Assembly (NCBI GenBank): GCA_012295275.1
Contig: CM022670.1
Location: 4,154,001 to 4,218,000 of the forward strand
Length of the DNA stretch: 64,000 nt
Origin: Chrysomallon squamiferum
Lineage: Eukaryota > Animalia > Mollusca
Reading direction: 5' to 3'
Shown here: piece after piece, positions 1 to 13,795 of the stretch
Position numbering within the stretch: position 1 is the stretch's first letter
Layout: each line of letters starts with the position of its first letter
Notes under the pieces: model-generated
What the model saw: the letters and a program-made list of their open reading frames with translations, nothing else
Told to the model about the DNA's origin: nothing
The model's database searches: none
Position numbers and translations under genes: made by a program

Positions 1-2
1 AG

Positions 3-818
3 ACATGGGACAGAAGATAGATTCACATCAAATTGAAGTGTCACCATCTCTGGACCTGTTACTGCAGTTTCAAAGACTTCTCATTTCTAAAATATTCAGC
101 AAAGAGACAACTGGGATTGCTCGCATTCTCGAAGATAAAGATGATGAAGATCTGTCAAAGCCAACTTCTGAAATTGGTAAAGTATTTTATTTCAGTCTTA
201 TTTATACCCAGTAGTTACACAAAGATTTTGAAGAAACTACTAAATACTCAAATGTCTTCTACTTACTACTACTTTTTTATCAACTATATATGAACTTTTT
301 TACTACATTGTGAAAACTCAGGGCAGCCTAAATTTGTATGCTATTTAGTTTATAGACCACTAATAACTATTAACAAGAACTAACAATTATCTGTTTTTCA
401 GTATAGATATTTTTTATTTCAGAAATTTAAAACTAAGATTAAAGTTACACTCTCTTACCTCAGTATTTTACTTTTTCTTCTAAATGTTGTAATCTTAGAA
501 TTTAGCTTACAATGGTTTGTTTATATATATTACTGGTAAAACAAATTTTAAAAATGTATTTTAATTTTTTTTTCTAGGTTTGGAAATGCAAGGAGCTGCC
601 TCATTACTCAGAAAATACTGCTCTCTGTTGTGTGCTCATGTTGGTGACATCCTGCCTGCTGCTGCAAGCATTGCCAGCAACAGCAACAAACATTTCTCTG
701 TGGTATCCAAGATCATTGTTAAAGATGTTACTGGTAATTAATTATTTTGTTTATTTATTTATTGCTTTATTATTGTTGTTGTTGTTGTTATTTTCTTGTT
801 GATTATCTTATCATTATA

Positions 819-851
<33 letters not shown>

Positions 852-3800
852 GCAGTATTTGTATAAATTTTAGTTTTCAAAATTATTTCATTATGCTGTA
901 CATATTTTGCATGAAGCTAACATCTTAAAGAAAACTATTTTCATTGTGCTTTCTGCAGGAAGCCTACTTCCAGAAATGGTGACATGCATGGTGTTGCTAC
1001 AGCTACGATGTCCTGACACCATCCAGCTGTCCAGAGCAGTGTCCATCTTGGAGGAGACACTTGACATCCTTGACAAGTACAACAGACTGGCTCCTGGACT
1101 TGAACGAGATGACAAGGAGGATTTGGCCTGGCCTGGTGTCTGGAGTATGTTTAATTTCTTTCATATTTAAATGCATTCATATTTATTTCATATTTAGGCC
1201 CTTAGGAGTATCTTGGAATTCATTTTTTTTTTTAATGTCATCAGTACATTAAAATGGACCACCCACTGCAAGAACAAATAACCTAAATATATGTGTGGGG
1301 TTGGGTGTGAGGGCATGTGGATGTGTGTTTATGTGAGAAAGAGATTTTTATAATTATTTAATAGCTGAAACTAACCTAAATATATTATTTGTTTATTTTA
1401 TTGAATGTTTTTTTTTTTTTCAGGTCACACTTTAGAAAAATACAATCAGAAATCTTTTGATGATGTGCAGATAATAAGAAAAGCAGATCTAGAAAACCAT
1501 AACAAAGATGGAGGTCTGTGGATTGTGATCCATGGAAAGGTGTATGATGTCTACGATTTCAAGTCACAGGCCCCATGTGGCAGAGAGATGCTAATAAAAT
1601 ATGCAGGTAATATATAATAGAAATAATTCTTGAAATGTGCTCATACTATTAGGTAGCTAGATTAGTTCAGTACACAATAACCATGTATATAGTAGTTAGT
1701 TAGAACTTCTCTGCTCTGTTAAATAAAATAAATAAAGACTTGATGGTGATTAAATAAAGTGGTACATACATTGTTACAGTTAATAATTTATAGTCACATA
1801 TTTTACAGAATCATATTCTTTGTGTCAGCAACTGACTGAATTCTTGTGTTACTTGAGTCATCATATTTCATCCATGCATTAACTGGTTTTGTAATATATA
1901 CATTAATGCAAATAAAGTAGAAAGCTATATTTTTGGATTGTTAATTTTGTTCTAGGTCAAGGATGCATCAGCAGCTTTTGAAGCTTGTCACCATTCTGAG
2001 GAGGCCAGAGAAATGATGCAGAACTTCTTTGTTGGACAGTATATGAATGTAAGTGTATGCATGATCATCAATCACTATCAGTAATTTCTTCTTAAAGATA
2101 AAGACAATTTCATATGTCATTAATATATATATCAAAAACATTTATATAACTTTGTAGAAAAATTTAATTAAGCACATTATAAATATCTGTGGATGTCAAA
2201 TGGATTATTTTAAATGTGCAGTCCCTTTACTCCAGATACATGCATTAATTTCAGTATTTATGTTTCTATATTTCACAGCCTGAAAAAGACACAGTGCAGA
2301 CCACTGACACAAACTCCATGTCATCGCCACTGATGGACACAGAACGGACGCTGGGCATGTTGCTAGGGCTGCATGCTGCTGACCAGGTCCGAAGCACCAC
2401 TCTGTCCCTGGACGAGCGAGAGAGCAGACACTGGCTGCAGGCTGAGTTCTTCCGAGGTGGGCTGCAGGTTCTACAACCCCAGAACAGCTATGATGACGAG
2501 AAGGGAGAAAGCCGCACTCCCAGTTCTTGTACCACCACACCAGGCAATGAAATAAACATTATATTAATTTTCATTTTTCTTCCATCTCTTGCATTTTAAA
2601 ACATTATTTTCAAATTTTAATTTGCTTTAGACTAGATGCTGTCTTTGTGATAAATTAATAATGTTTGCCATTCTTTTCTTCTTCTTTTTTATTTATTTTT
2701 TTTAATTTTTTTTATGGACAAGTTATTTAAATGGTTTTTCTAAATTATTTAAAATTAATTAAAATTATTTTATTCTTCGTTTTCATTAAATTTGAGCAAA
2801 ATGCTTTAAGAAACATACATTATAATGACAATGCCTTCTAAGAAACAAAAGAGCTAAGAGAAACATTCGATAATTAATTAATTCAACAACATAATGTTTT
2901 GATTAATTCTTTATTATGGATGATTTCTAATGACAACAAACTCAATGTATTTAGGAGCAACACCCACTTCAGAACATCATCGGCTACCACAGAGCCTGGA
3001 CAAAGAGCGTCTGTATGCTGAGGACAATCCCAGCTTGGACATCGGCCGCCCATTCTTACTGGCTCTGATGGAAGGTCGCCTACAAGAACCAGCTGTGAAG
3101 ACTTTTGTTACAATAGTGGACAAGTACCTGAGACAGCATCACTTAGCTCTTGACTTCCCTTCTGATCATCCCATTGAAGAAGTTGGAAGGTTAGTGAAAA
3201 ATGAAATGAATAAATAAATAATACTGCTACTGCTACTATTAATAATGTAATAATTTGTTTTTAATTAAAATATCGCCATCATCTTGGTATCTTCAGAATC
3301 AAATATAGCCAAAACAAATACTGATAGTAGATATTTTGAAAACAAACATGGAAATTGGATATTTTGAAAACTAATACTGACAATAAATATTTGGAAAATA
3401 CATACTGACTGTAGATTTTTTTTTTAATAATTACAACAGATGTTTTGACAGTAAATACTAGTAGTAGATATTTGTGTTTACAGATTCATTATGGCTGTTC
3501 TCCTCAAACATCATGACCTCACACATGTAGTTCTTGGTCTGGTTGAACAAGGTCAGGGAGAACACATTGGAAAGCATGTTCTACCCAAGTCTATAGCTGA
3601 ACTCAGCAGAGTTGTGTCACAGGCCAAAAAGTCATTAATCAAGGTGAGACAGGTGTTACTTATGTTGTGAGATAACACGTCACTTTCATCTGCCAATGAA
3701 TAATGATAAATAAAACACTTTTTCTTTCTTTCTTTATCTCTGGTCTCTTTTCTATATCTGTCTCACATCCCCTCATAAATCTCTGTTGTTTTTCATCTTT

Positions 3801-3873
3801 TCAAATTATTATTATTATTATTATTTTTTTTTTTTTTCATAAATCACAACCAAAACACACATATTCTTAAAAC

Positions 3874-3907
<34 letters not shown>

Positions 3908-6900
3908 TTCACATTTAAGGCACATCAAGACCAGGGTAGGTCATACTAAAGAAGTGTGTGCTCCAGTAGTAGAGAGATGTCATTTTCTCTTTAATGAACT
4001 GCGTCCTGCCATTGGTGATGAGGTGAATGCCTTCACCAGGTCAAAACTGCTGAAATCCATGCCAAGATGGCGTGAAGTCATTTCTAGAGTGGTGCAGGAC
4101 AAAAAGAAAGCAAAATGTAAGTGATACTTGTTATCTCTTGTACCCTAGATAAAGAGATAAATAGACAGATACATATATACATATATACATGCATCCGTGT
4201 GTGTGTGTGTTTCTGAAAATAAACTATATGTTTTGTTTGTTTTTGACTGGTCATTATTAAAGGGTTTGAGATTCTTTATTTTGAGTTTTATAGGAACTTC
4301 ATAAGAGTTTTATGTCCTAAATCCTTTATCTGAAACCAGTTATTTTTCAGAATTGTGAATTTTGTTTTTACCAAGTCAAGAAGCTATATTATTTGCTACA
4401 ATAATAATCTCTTGCAGAGTTGCCATTAATATGAAAAAAAAAATCTTTTTTTTATCAGATGCAAAATTATGGTTCACCTGTTACTTTCAGGGTTTTTCTT
4501 ATTTTGTTTGTTTATTTATTTATTTATTTATTTCAGCCTCTCCTGATGGCAGCAAGGACAAAGATGATGTAAAGGCTGTAGGTGGAGAAGAACTTGAGCT
4601 GAAACTAACCAATCTGGCGAAAGATGAGAAAAAAGAGACTGTTACCATGGAAACCTGCGATGAGGACGAGAGTGAGCTAGGCGCAGGGGGTATGGACGCG
4701 GGCGATCAAGGCAGAGAGATGAGACAGGGAGTGGGAGTTGAAGACATTGAGATAGAACTGGACGTTGGACACCTTTCTAAACAAGAAATTCCACTCAGAA
4801 AGGTATAAACACATTAATTATATGATGGCTTCTTGCCTCACAACTTTTTCATATGTTGGGGGGGATGTATTTTTTTGGTGGGGGATTAATATTAAAGAAT
4901 ATTATGTCAGGGAAATGATTATAGGGTAATGATGATATGAAAAAAGCAAGCCATTGTTACTTCAGGCCATAAGAAATTAAATTTGTTAATGTATCCATTC
5001 ACTAGAATTATTATTAGATAAAATATTTTAGTCATAAAGATTTGAATTAATGTTTTATTATTTTCTTTTTTTTTTAACTCATATCATTGCAAAGATAATA
5101 TATTGTCTCTAAAAAGTTGAGTCATAAAAGTTTAGTCTTAAATTATGGGTATAACATTTCTTTTTAAAAGCATTTTGCTATCTTTGAATAAGTTTTATTT
5201 ATTATTATTGTTATTATTATTGATATTGTTATTGTTATTCTATTATTATTATTATTATTGTTATTATTTATTATTTATTATTTATTATTATTTTTTTATA
5301 TAAATTCAATTGTCTAGAAATTAACTTGTTTGTTTGTGTTAGCATGACCCCTGGGAGCACATAGTGAACGCAGTGACTAACACACAGCGACTGAAAGCTC
5401 TACGACAGCGACTGACTGGCTCGCAGACTGACATGGCGCTGGTGAACAAAATAATAGAGTTTGTCATGTATGAACATCCCATTGACATAGAGAAACTCAG
5501 GAGATCATTACACCATCAGGTCATTTACTAATTTAACTGATAGTTTTATTTATTTTATTTTATTTTATTAATTTATTTACTTTTATTTATTTCATATATA
5601 TATATATATATATATAATACAAATCATTTATGAGAAGTAAAGAGAACATAAACAGTAATAAATGATTTTAATGTCAGATACACGAATAAGTATATAGGAG
5701 GATAACATACCTTTTTATTTATTTGTATCAGTCATAAAATATTTTACAGTTTTCATTGCAAGCAATCTCATGTATCTTCTGATGAAATATTTTACATAAT
5801 ACACTGGTTACAAAATCTAAACTTAGTGAGAATGGAGAAGTGAATCATAAATTTCAGTGGGAATATGTTAAAGTATTTGTTAATGATTTTGTTATATATA
5901 TTTTATTTTTGTTTTTATTTTAATGTTTTTGTGCAGGTTGCTCGAGCCGAACTTAGACTCAAAGGCATTCAGAACATGTTGTCTAATGTACACAAGGACC
6001 ATCTCATATCCTCTGTCAAATATGCCATGTTGTGTGGCTGGCAGGGTCTTCTCACAGTAGGCAGAAAATTCAGGTACGTTTTTTAGCATGTTCTCATCTT
6101 ATTTTCTAAATAAACAATTTGTGGGGGAAAAAAATAATAATTAAGGAAAGTCCATGATGCTGCATGTCAATACCTTATGCTTCATAAGTTAAACTGTTGG
6201 ATTGTGTATGTGATTTCAAAGTATAATACATTAATATACATCCTTACATATGTGTGCACATGCATGTGTAAGTGATGTATATATTAAACTTCTTTAATTA
6301 ATTGATTTACTTGGCAGTTTTAACTGTTCATTTCTGTTAGAAGATAAATTGCCCTAATTGAGTTGCATGTAATTGTGGAGAAATTGTAATTATTGTTTAT
6401 TTTATCTAATTATTGTTTTATTAACAAAATGATTTTAATTTTGTAGTGCACCCATTCCTCATTGTCTGACCAATGTAAACCTGATTCCTCCATGTGACCG
6501 AGTTCTGCTTGAGATGACGTTTGCTGAACTGTATCGCTGGGCAATATGTGAACTGCGCCAGTGCGTGATATCAGCAGATCTCATCTTCAAGTCAAAGGGC
6601 ATCAACCCATCACAGTCCTCTCAGGACAATTCAAAGGTAGGTCATTTTATTGAAACAGTTACTACTTTAAGTGTAAACTTTTTATCAAAATTAAGATTTC
6701 TGAATTGAGTGTGTTTTTACACGTTTACATAATGTACACAAGATAAGCTTTAAAACTTAAAGCAACAAATTTAATTTTAGTTTTTTTTTTTTAAAGTCTG
6801 AATCATATATTCAGTTTTTCATAGTTAAATTTCAGTTTTGATATGCGTTATTTTATATAGGTACATATTTATTTATTTATTTATTTATTTATCTCTTTTC

Positions 6901-9900
6901 ATAATCATCATCGTCATTATTATTATTATTCCTGTTATTATTACTATTGTTATTACTACTACTACTACTACTGTTGTTGTTATTATTATTACTACTACTA
7001 CTACTACTACTGTTGTTGTTGTTGTTATTATTAAAATTATTATTATTATGACAGGAACGTCTCAGTCTAGGAGCTCTGCCTATAGCCAGGTTCATCCTGG
7101 CCACGCTGGGTCTGTTGGTTGCTGATCATCATGCTGACAGCCTCAGTCTACTTCTAAACTCTGGAGTTCTAGCCCTCACACAGAGCATACTCAGACTTGC
7201 TGGTAAGAGCATGTTAGCCTTCACTAAACTAATCATAAATGATATTAATATATAATAGGAGTACAGAATGTGTACTGGATTGTATAGTTCTAGTTAAAGT
7301 ATTTTTCAGTTACATTCATTTTCCAGGCATTAAGCGATCAGAAAAAATAAATATTTATACATAAACTCAAGTCAGAGTTTTTTTTCTATGTTTAGTTAAG
7401 GTACTCACTTCAAACATTTGAAAATACTATTTATTTATATTTGACTACATTTATATCCAAATTGTTAACAACAGTTTAACTTTATTATACATTCTTCTTT
7501 CTTTACCTCAGCATTACAGGAATTGTTAGAATATACAGCGTCACTTTCTGATACGTCTGGATTTATTTCTTGGTTTTCTCTAGGTCCTGACCCAGATCTA
7601 GTCATTCCTGATAACAACACTGTGGTGTGCACAGTTCCTGAAGAACCGAAAATGAAAAAACCAACACAGCAGGTTCCTCTCACAGGTCCTGAGTTAGCTG
7701 CCATGATGAAGATTGGAACCAGGGTCATGCGAGGTGCAGACTGGAAGTGGGGAGATCAGGTTTGTGTTGTGTGATAGTGAATAAATCACTTTTGTTTAGT
7801 GTTACCTCAGCAGTGTATCAGTGGCTTTTTTGTCAGTTCAGTATTTAACATACATCTTTCTGTAGCCAGTGATAATCTGTCTGGAATGGATATGGCTGCT
7901 TTTTCCTCTTTTTTTTTGTATAATACTTATAACTAAAAGAGAATGCCTTCTGCTAATCCAAGTATTGCTATTTTCATTGAAAAATGTGCAGTAGCTTTCC
8001 AAAGTTGGAGAAATACGTATCATGGCTTTTGAAACACAGTTTCTTTCTATTAAATATGATAAGTGCATGAATATCAGAATAAAATGTTATTGTTTCTTTG
8101 ATCATTCTTTAGGATGGCCCAGCTCCAGGCCTGGGTCGAGTTATAGGAGAGCTAGGCGAGGACGGGTGGATCAGGGTACAGTGGGATACAGACAGTACCA
8201 ACAGTTACCGGATGGGCAAGGAGGGTAAATATGACCTCAAGTTGGCAGACCCACCTGAACTACCCGACAATGATGAAGAGGATGAGGAAGAATCAGAATC
8301 AGGTATTTGTTTGTTTGTTAAACTTGTTAAATACTTTGTGTGGTTGATAAACTGGATATCCTGTGTTTGTAGATATTTTCAAAAGTAGTCAGATACTTTG
8401 TGTAGGTAATGTTTTCTAAGCTTGTATATTTTGTGTCAGTGGATCTCTTCTAAAATTGTTAAATACTTCAAATGGAAGGATGTAGTCGTTAGAAATTTTA
8501 AACTTTTCAAAATTCAAGTCAGTTATATTCTGTAGACTTTTTAGATACTTTATAGCCCTTTAAAATGTTTTGGGTTTTTAAAAATTTTATACATGTTTTT
8601 TAATAACTGTACTTAAAAAACATAATTCTCACTTATAATCTTTTATTACAGACAAAAGCCAGCCAGAAAGCAAGCACCCCACAGCACTGGTACGCCGCTC
8701 AACAATATGGCTGCTTCGCATTCTGTCCATATCAACCGGAATCCATGGTGACAAAATCCAGAAAGAAGCCATAGGCTCTCTATGTGGCCTCATGAGAAAT
8801 ATCATTGATTGTGGTTGTAACTATGGACTCAGTGAGTGTGATACCTGTGTACCTGTGATTGTATAAATTAATAGCCTAAAATAGAATTTATATATTCTTA
8901 ATATTTTATAGTCTGTTTTGGTACTAGGGATCTCATGGCTTGTTACATGTTAAGTCAGAGGTAATAACAGTATATGAAAAAAATTATAATTGCCTTTTAG
9001 GTATCTTAAAACTGGCATTTTAATTTTTCTACTGATATTATATGAATTCTTTCTTATGATCTAGTTCATTTGAGGCAATTTAATTTTTTTTTATTTTGCT
9101 TGATCATTATCTGTCTTTGTTTATGCGTGTGTGTATATGTATAAACTGTCTGAATCAGCTGTTTGTCTATCTTGTGTTATTTTCCTTTTCTTTTTCCTCT
9201 TTGTGTCTGCTTGTGTATCTCTACCTGATTGTTGATCTATATCAGTTCATCTAAACTTTCTGTATTCATTGTCTATCTGTTATTGTTCATCATGTCAGAT
9301 GTGAACTCCACTGCAGTGCAGATAGCCAGTGAACAGCACCTGAGTTGGTGTACGCTGGGATTTGTCCGCAGCATCGCCACAAGCCCACTCATCTGTCAGG
9401 CTCTGAGCACACCAAGATGGATCAGCTTGCTGATGAAAATTCTAGAAGAGGAACAAGGAACAAAACATGCTAAAAATGTTTACAAACAGGTAGATACTCA
9501 ATTTTAAATCGATAATAGTGAACAAATGGGTCAAACATATATTTTTTTCAATCTTGTGTATTAATAGTGTACATATTTTGGTTAGCGTTGGTTTCGGTTA
9601 ATAAGAAAGATAATATTAGTAATAAATTGTTAATAATAATAATGATAATAAAAGGAAGAGTATGATGATGATTGTGATAATAATTAATTAATTTTAAATT
9701 TATGACAGCTTCTGCATCACTGAATACATTTGTATTCATATAAGATGCTTTTCTTACGATTTAAACATTCTGATTGATAAACTCATTATTATTGACAACA
9801 GATATTTTTATGTTAAATATATTTTTTTATATGTCTGATTACAGATTCTGACTCTGAAATTATTGAGGACTGTTTTACCATCATGGGACAGTTCAATTGA

Positions 9901-11530
9901 CACATCAAGAATCAATGAAATTATCATCAAGTTGTTCAAACTTCTGGGATCTGTCTTAACTGCTTGTTCCACTGATCCTACCCTGGTTTCTCAATGTCAG
10001 TTTGTTTTGATATTGTTATTTCTTGTACATAATGTTGTGTTTTGGCATGTGACTATGAAATTCATATTGTTTTTATTTTTGATTTCCAGACTGCAGTCTG
10101 ATATGTAATATGTCTTCACATATATAATAAATTTCCATTTTCTGTTTGTAATCATGTTGGGATTTAGCTAATTAAAGCCAAATATCTTCTTCATCTTTTT
10201 TTTTTTTAAGAAATGTAGTTTTATTATTATTGCATTTTTTAAATTAATTTTTGTGTTTATTTTGTTTCATTTGTTTTGATTTTCAAAATCATTTAATTTT
10301 TTATTTCATGATTTTTTTTTTTCCTTTGTTTTATTTATTTATTTAATTTGATTTGATGGTGGGTTTTTCTTTCTTTTTTTTTCTATTTTATTAATTTTTT
10401 ATTTGATTTATTTATTTGATTTATTTATTTATTTGATTTTGTTTTATTTTATTTTATTGTATTTTATTTGATTTATGTATTTATTTATTTATTTAATTAT
10501 ATTACGTTACATTAGGTTACATTGCATTACATTACGTTATGTTATTTTATTTTATTTTATTTTATTTTATTTTATTTTTTCTGTGTAGTTGACCAGTCTG
10601 AGGCCAGAAGAAAACGTATGCGAGTTCCCGTCTCAGTGACTGCCTCTTACACCAGCACCATCACAGAGGAGATTGTGGCTCTTCTTCGCAAACTGCACTC
10701 TCTGGACACATGGAACACTCACATCAACTCTTACATTGGACAACAGCTGCCCAAAATTGTAGACTTGCTGTGTGAAAAGCCTCATGGACGATTGGCTGAG
10801 GATTTCAGGGCAGCACCAAATATGGATAATGTTTCCATAGTGATGGCTGTACTTGCCATGATTGGTGGAGTGGACAACAGGCCCAGGCTTGGTGGACTGG
10901 TCAAGCATGAGAGATTTGGTATAGGAACCATATCAAAGATAACTCCAAAGGGAAAGATTCATGTTCAGTTTCATGATTATTCTGGACAGATCTGTAGACT
11001 CTCAGAACTCATACCTGTAAGTTTAACAATATTCTAACTTGGGAATGAGAGGTGAAAACTGTCAACTGTTATAAATTTGAACTTTAAACTATACTGCATA
11101 AATTGATAGTAATGGATAACTAACTATCTTGTTAGAGGTTCTACTATGGTGCAGTTAATCGTTTAAGTAATTTAAATTTGCTACCTCCATACTGATCTTT
11201 AAAAACTGGCTGCTGACAATCTCTGTCTTTTGAACAGTATCTAGTAACTCCTCGTTTTCTGTCCAAGTTATTAATTCATTCTAATTAACTTCAGTTATAT
11301 TTTAATTTCAGCTTCCACTAGTTAAGTTCAGTGTAGAGAAACTGCCATTAACCGGTACATTCCTCAACAGCTGGTCAATGCTGGTCAGCTTGGCTGGAGC
11401 TGGCTTCAAAGTTGAGAAAGAAAAAGACATTCCACGAGCACCACTAGCTACCAGTACAGGCAGCATAGAATCTGTGTCTCTGTCTCTAACAACATCTTTC
11501 TGTAAGTCTAAACTTTTCATTTTGTTTTGT

Positions 11531-11583
<53 letters not shown>

Positions 11584-12824
11584 ATTTTCTTTCTTTTTTT
11601 TGAAATATGTTTTTTGTCTGTTTCTGTATATGTCTGGCAATACATTTCTATATCTTTTAATACTTGAACAGTTATGAGATAATGAGAGAAAAAACGGTTT
11701 TTTAGCTAAATTATTTTAACAAACATACATTTTACTTTCATTTAAACATTCTGTTCAGTGAACAAATCATATTGTCAGAGTGTTCATCATTAAAAACTGA
11801 CAACTGTTTTAGGTGGGAACTCGGTAAATATCAAAGAACTGAGAAAACAGCAGATACGACTCAGTCTTTTGAGAGCAGCCAAGGTTTTGTTCACACCTCA
11901 AGACAGCCTGCGTCGCATACTGTCGCAGGCAGTGGCCACAGAGTTGTTCCCCTGCGAGACAGGCACCATCTGCGAGGATGACACAGAGCCTGAACAGCGC
12001 GTTCCAACAACGCTGATGCAGCAACTGTTGTTGGCAGCTACTCAACCATCCCCTCTCAAAGCTATGTTCAGCAGAGCAGAAATGGAGGTTGTAATTTAGT
12101 GTTTGATTTTTGTATTAGTTTGTTAGTAATAAAAATAATTTAAAATATGTATAACAATAATGACACGAAATGTGAATTATCCCTATTGTCAAAAGTCACA
12201 TTGTATTAATTATGACAAAAAAATAAAATAAAATAAAATAATAAATAAATAAATAAGTAAATAAATAAATGTAGCTGGAACTCATAGGCATTCAGTTCTG
12301 TGAATTTCCCAAATGTATGTGATTGGGGCATAAATTGAGCAGTTAAATTTTAAATAATTGATTACTTTAGTGTCTTTCACAGTGTTGTTTTTTCCCAACA
12401 CCTTATTTCCCTTGTGTTCTCTGTAGGCTGCAGCTTTAGCAGTATGTCAGTACTTAACTGCAGAAGTTGGACAGACAGTTGAAGGTGGAGAGGAAACAGA
12501 TTCAGATGATGAGCCAATGGCAGCATCAACAACCTCTAACAACATCCCTGCTAACAACAGCATACCATCTGCCAACACCATCGTCACCCGAGCACCCAGA
12601 CCTAGGAAGCCGAAGACTCCGCTTCCACCTGCAGCCCCAGTTGTTCAGCAGATTGTCGAAATGGGCTTCTCTAGGAAAAATGTGGAGTTTGCTCTCAAGG
12701 CTCTGGCTAATGCAGCAGGTTATTTTTTTGTTTTGTAATATATATAAAAATGCCTGTGTTTTAAGCTATTTTTTCTTTCTTTATTTATTTTTATTTTAAT
12801 TTTATTTATTTATTTATTTATTCA

Positions 12825-12855
<31 letters not shown>

Positions 12856-13646
12856 TTAATTTATTTTATTTTATTCTTTTTTTTAAAAATTGACTGATTG
12901 TTAACTAACAAAATAATAATTCAAAAATCACTATGCTTATTTTAATTGATCCATCATTGAATTATATAGAATTGGAATATATTGGAATAATATAAACATG
13001 TAGACTCAAAATGCATTAATTTCAACAGTTTAATTGAACCAAATGGTTGGTTCATATGGTTTAAAAACAATAAGGTGAGGTGTTTAAAATAACTGATTTC
13101 AGAAATAGTATTAGTAGATTATATCCATCGTTCACAAAACTGAATTCACTATAACTAATACTTATTACATTTTACTTATTACTGTAATATATAACTGTAA
13201 CCATCTCCATACAAAAATCAATCCACATAGTCATTTAGTTTGTGTTTGATCTTTACGATCTGTTTCAGGTTCATCTCTGTTTGCCACATCAGACATGCCT
13301 AGTGCTGAGGCCATTGTAATTTGGTTGCTAGATCACAAAGAATTACAGACAACCGAACAGTCAGACACTGACAGCTTGACACAGAGTGATTCATCAACAG
13401 AAAGTGACTCCATGTCTGAGTTTGACGAAATTGAAAAATTGAATGTAAATATTATACATATATATATACATACATATATATATATATATGTTATTAAAAA
13501 TATATTTTTTAATTAAAAATAGCATTTATCTTTCTTGTTAAAAACCATTAAAGGTTAAAAATATTTATATTTAAAATTTAACTCTTACAAATATTAAGAA
13601 TACATTAGCTATTTTCTAAAAGTATCTGAATTCATTTTAAAAAAGC

Positions 13647-13697
<51 letters not shown>

Positions 13698-13720
13698 TCA
13701 CTCACTCACTCACTCACTCA

Positions 13721-13795
<75 letters not shown>

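Noticed and set aside
6838-7125. Low-complexity ORFs (poly-I/T/N/F/SL; also 32354, 33437, 42278, 44988, 49947)
   Set aside because: They are translations of microsatellites and homopolymers.
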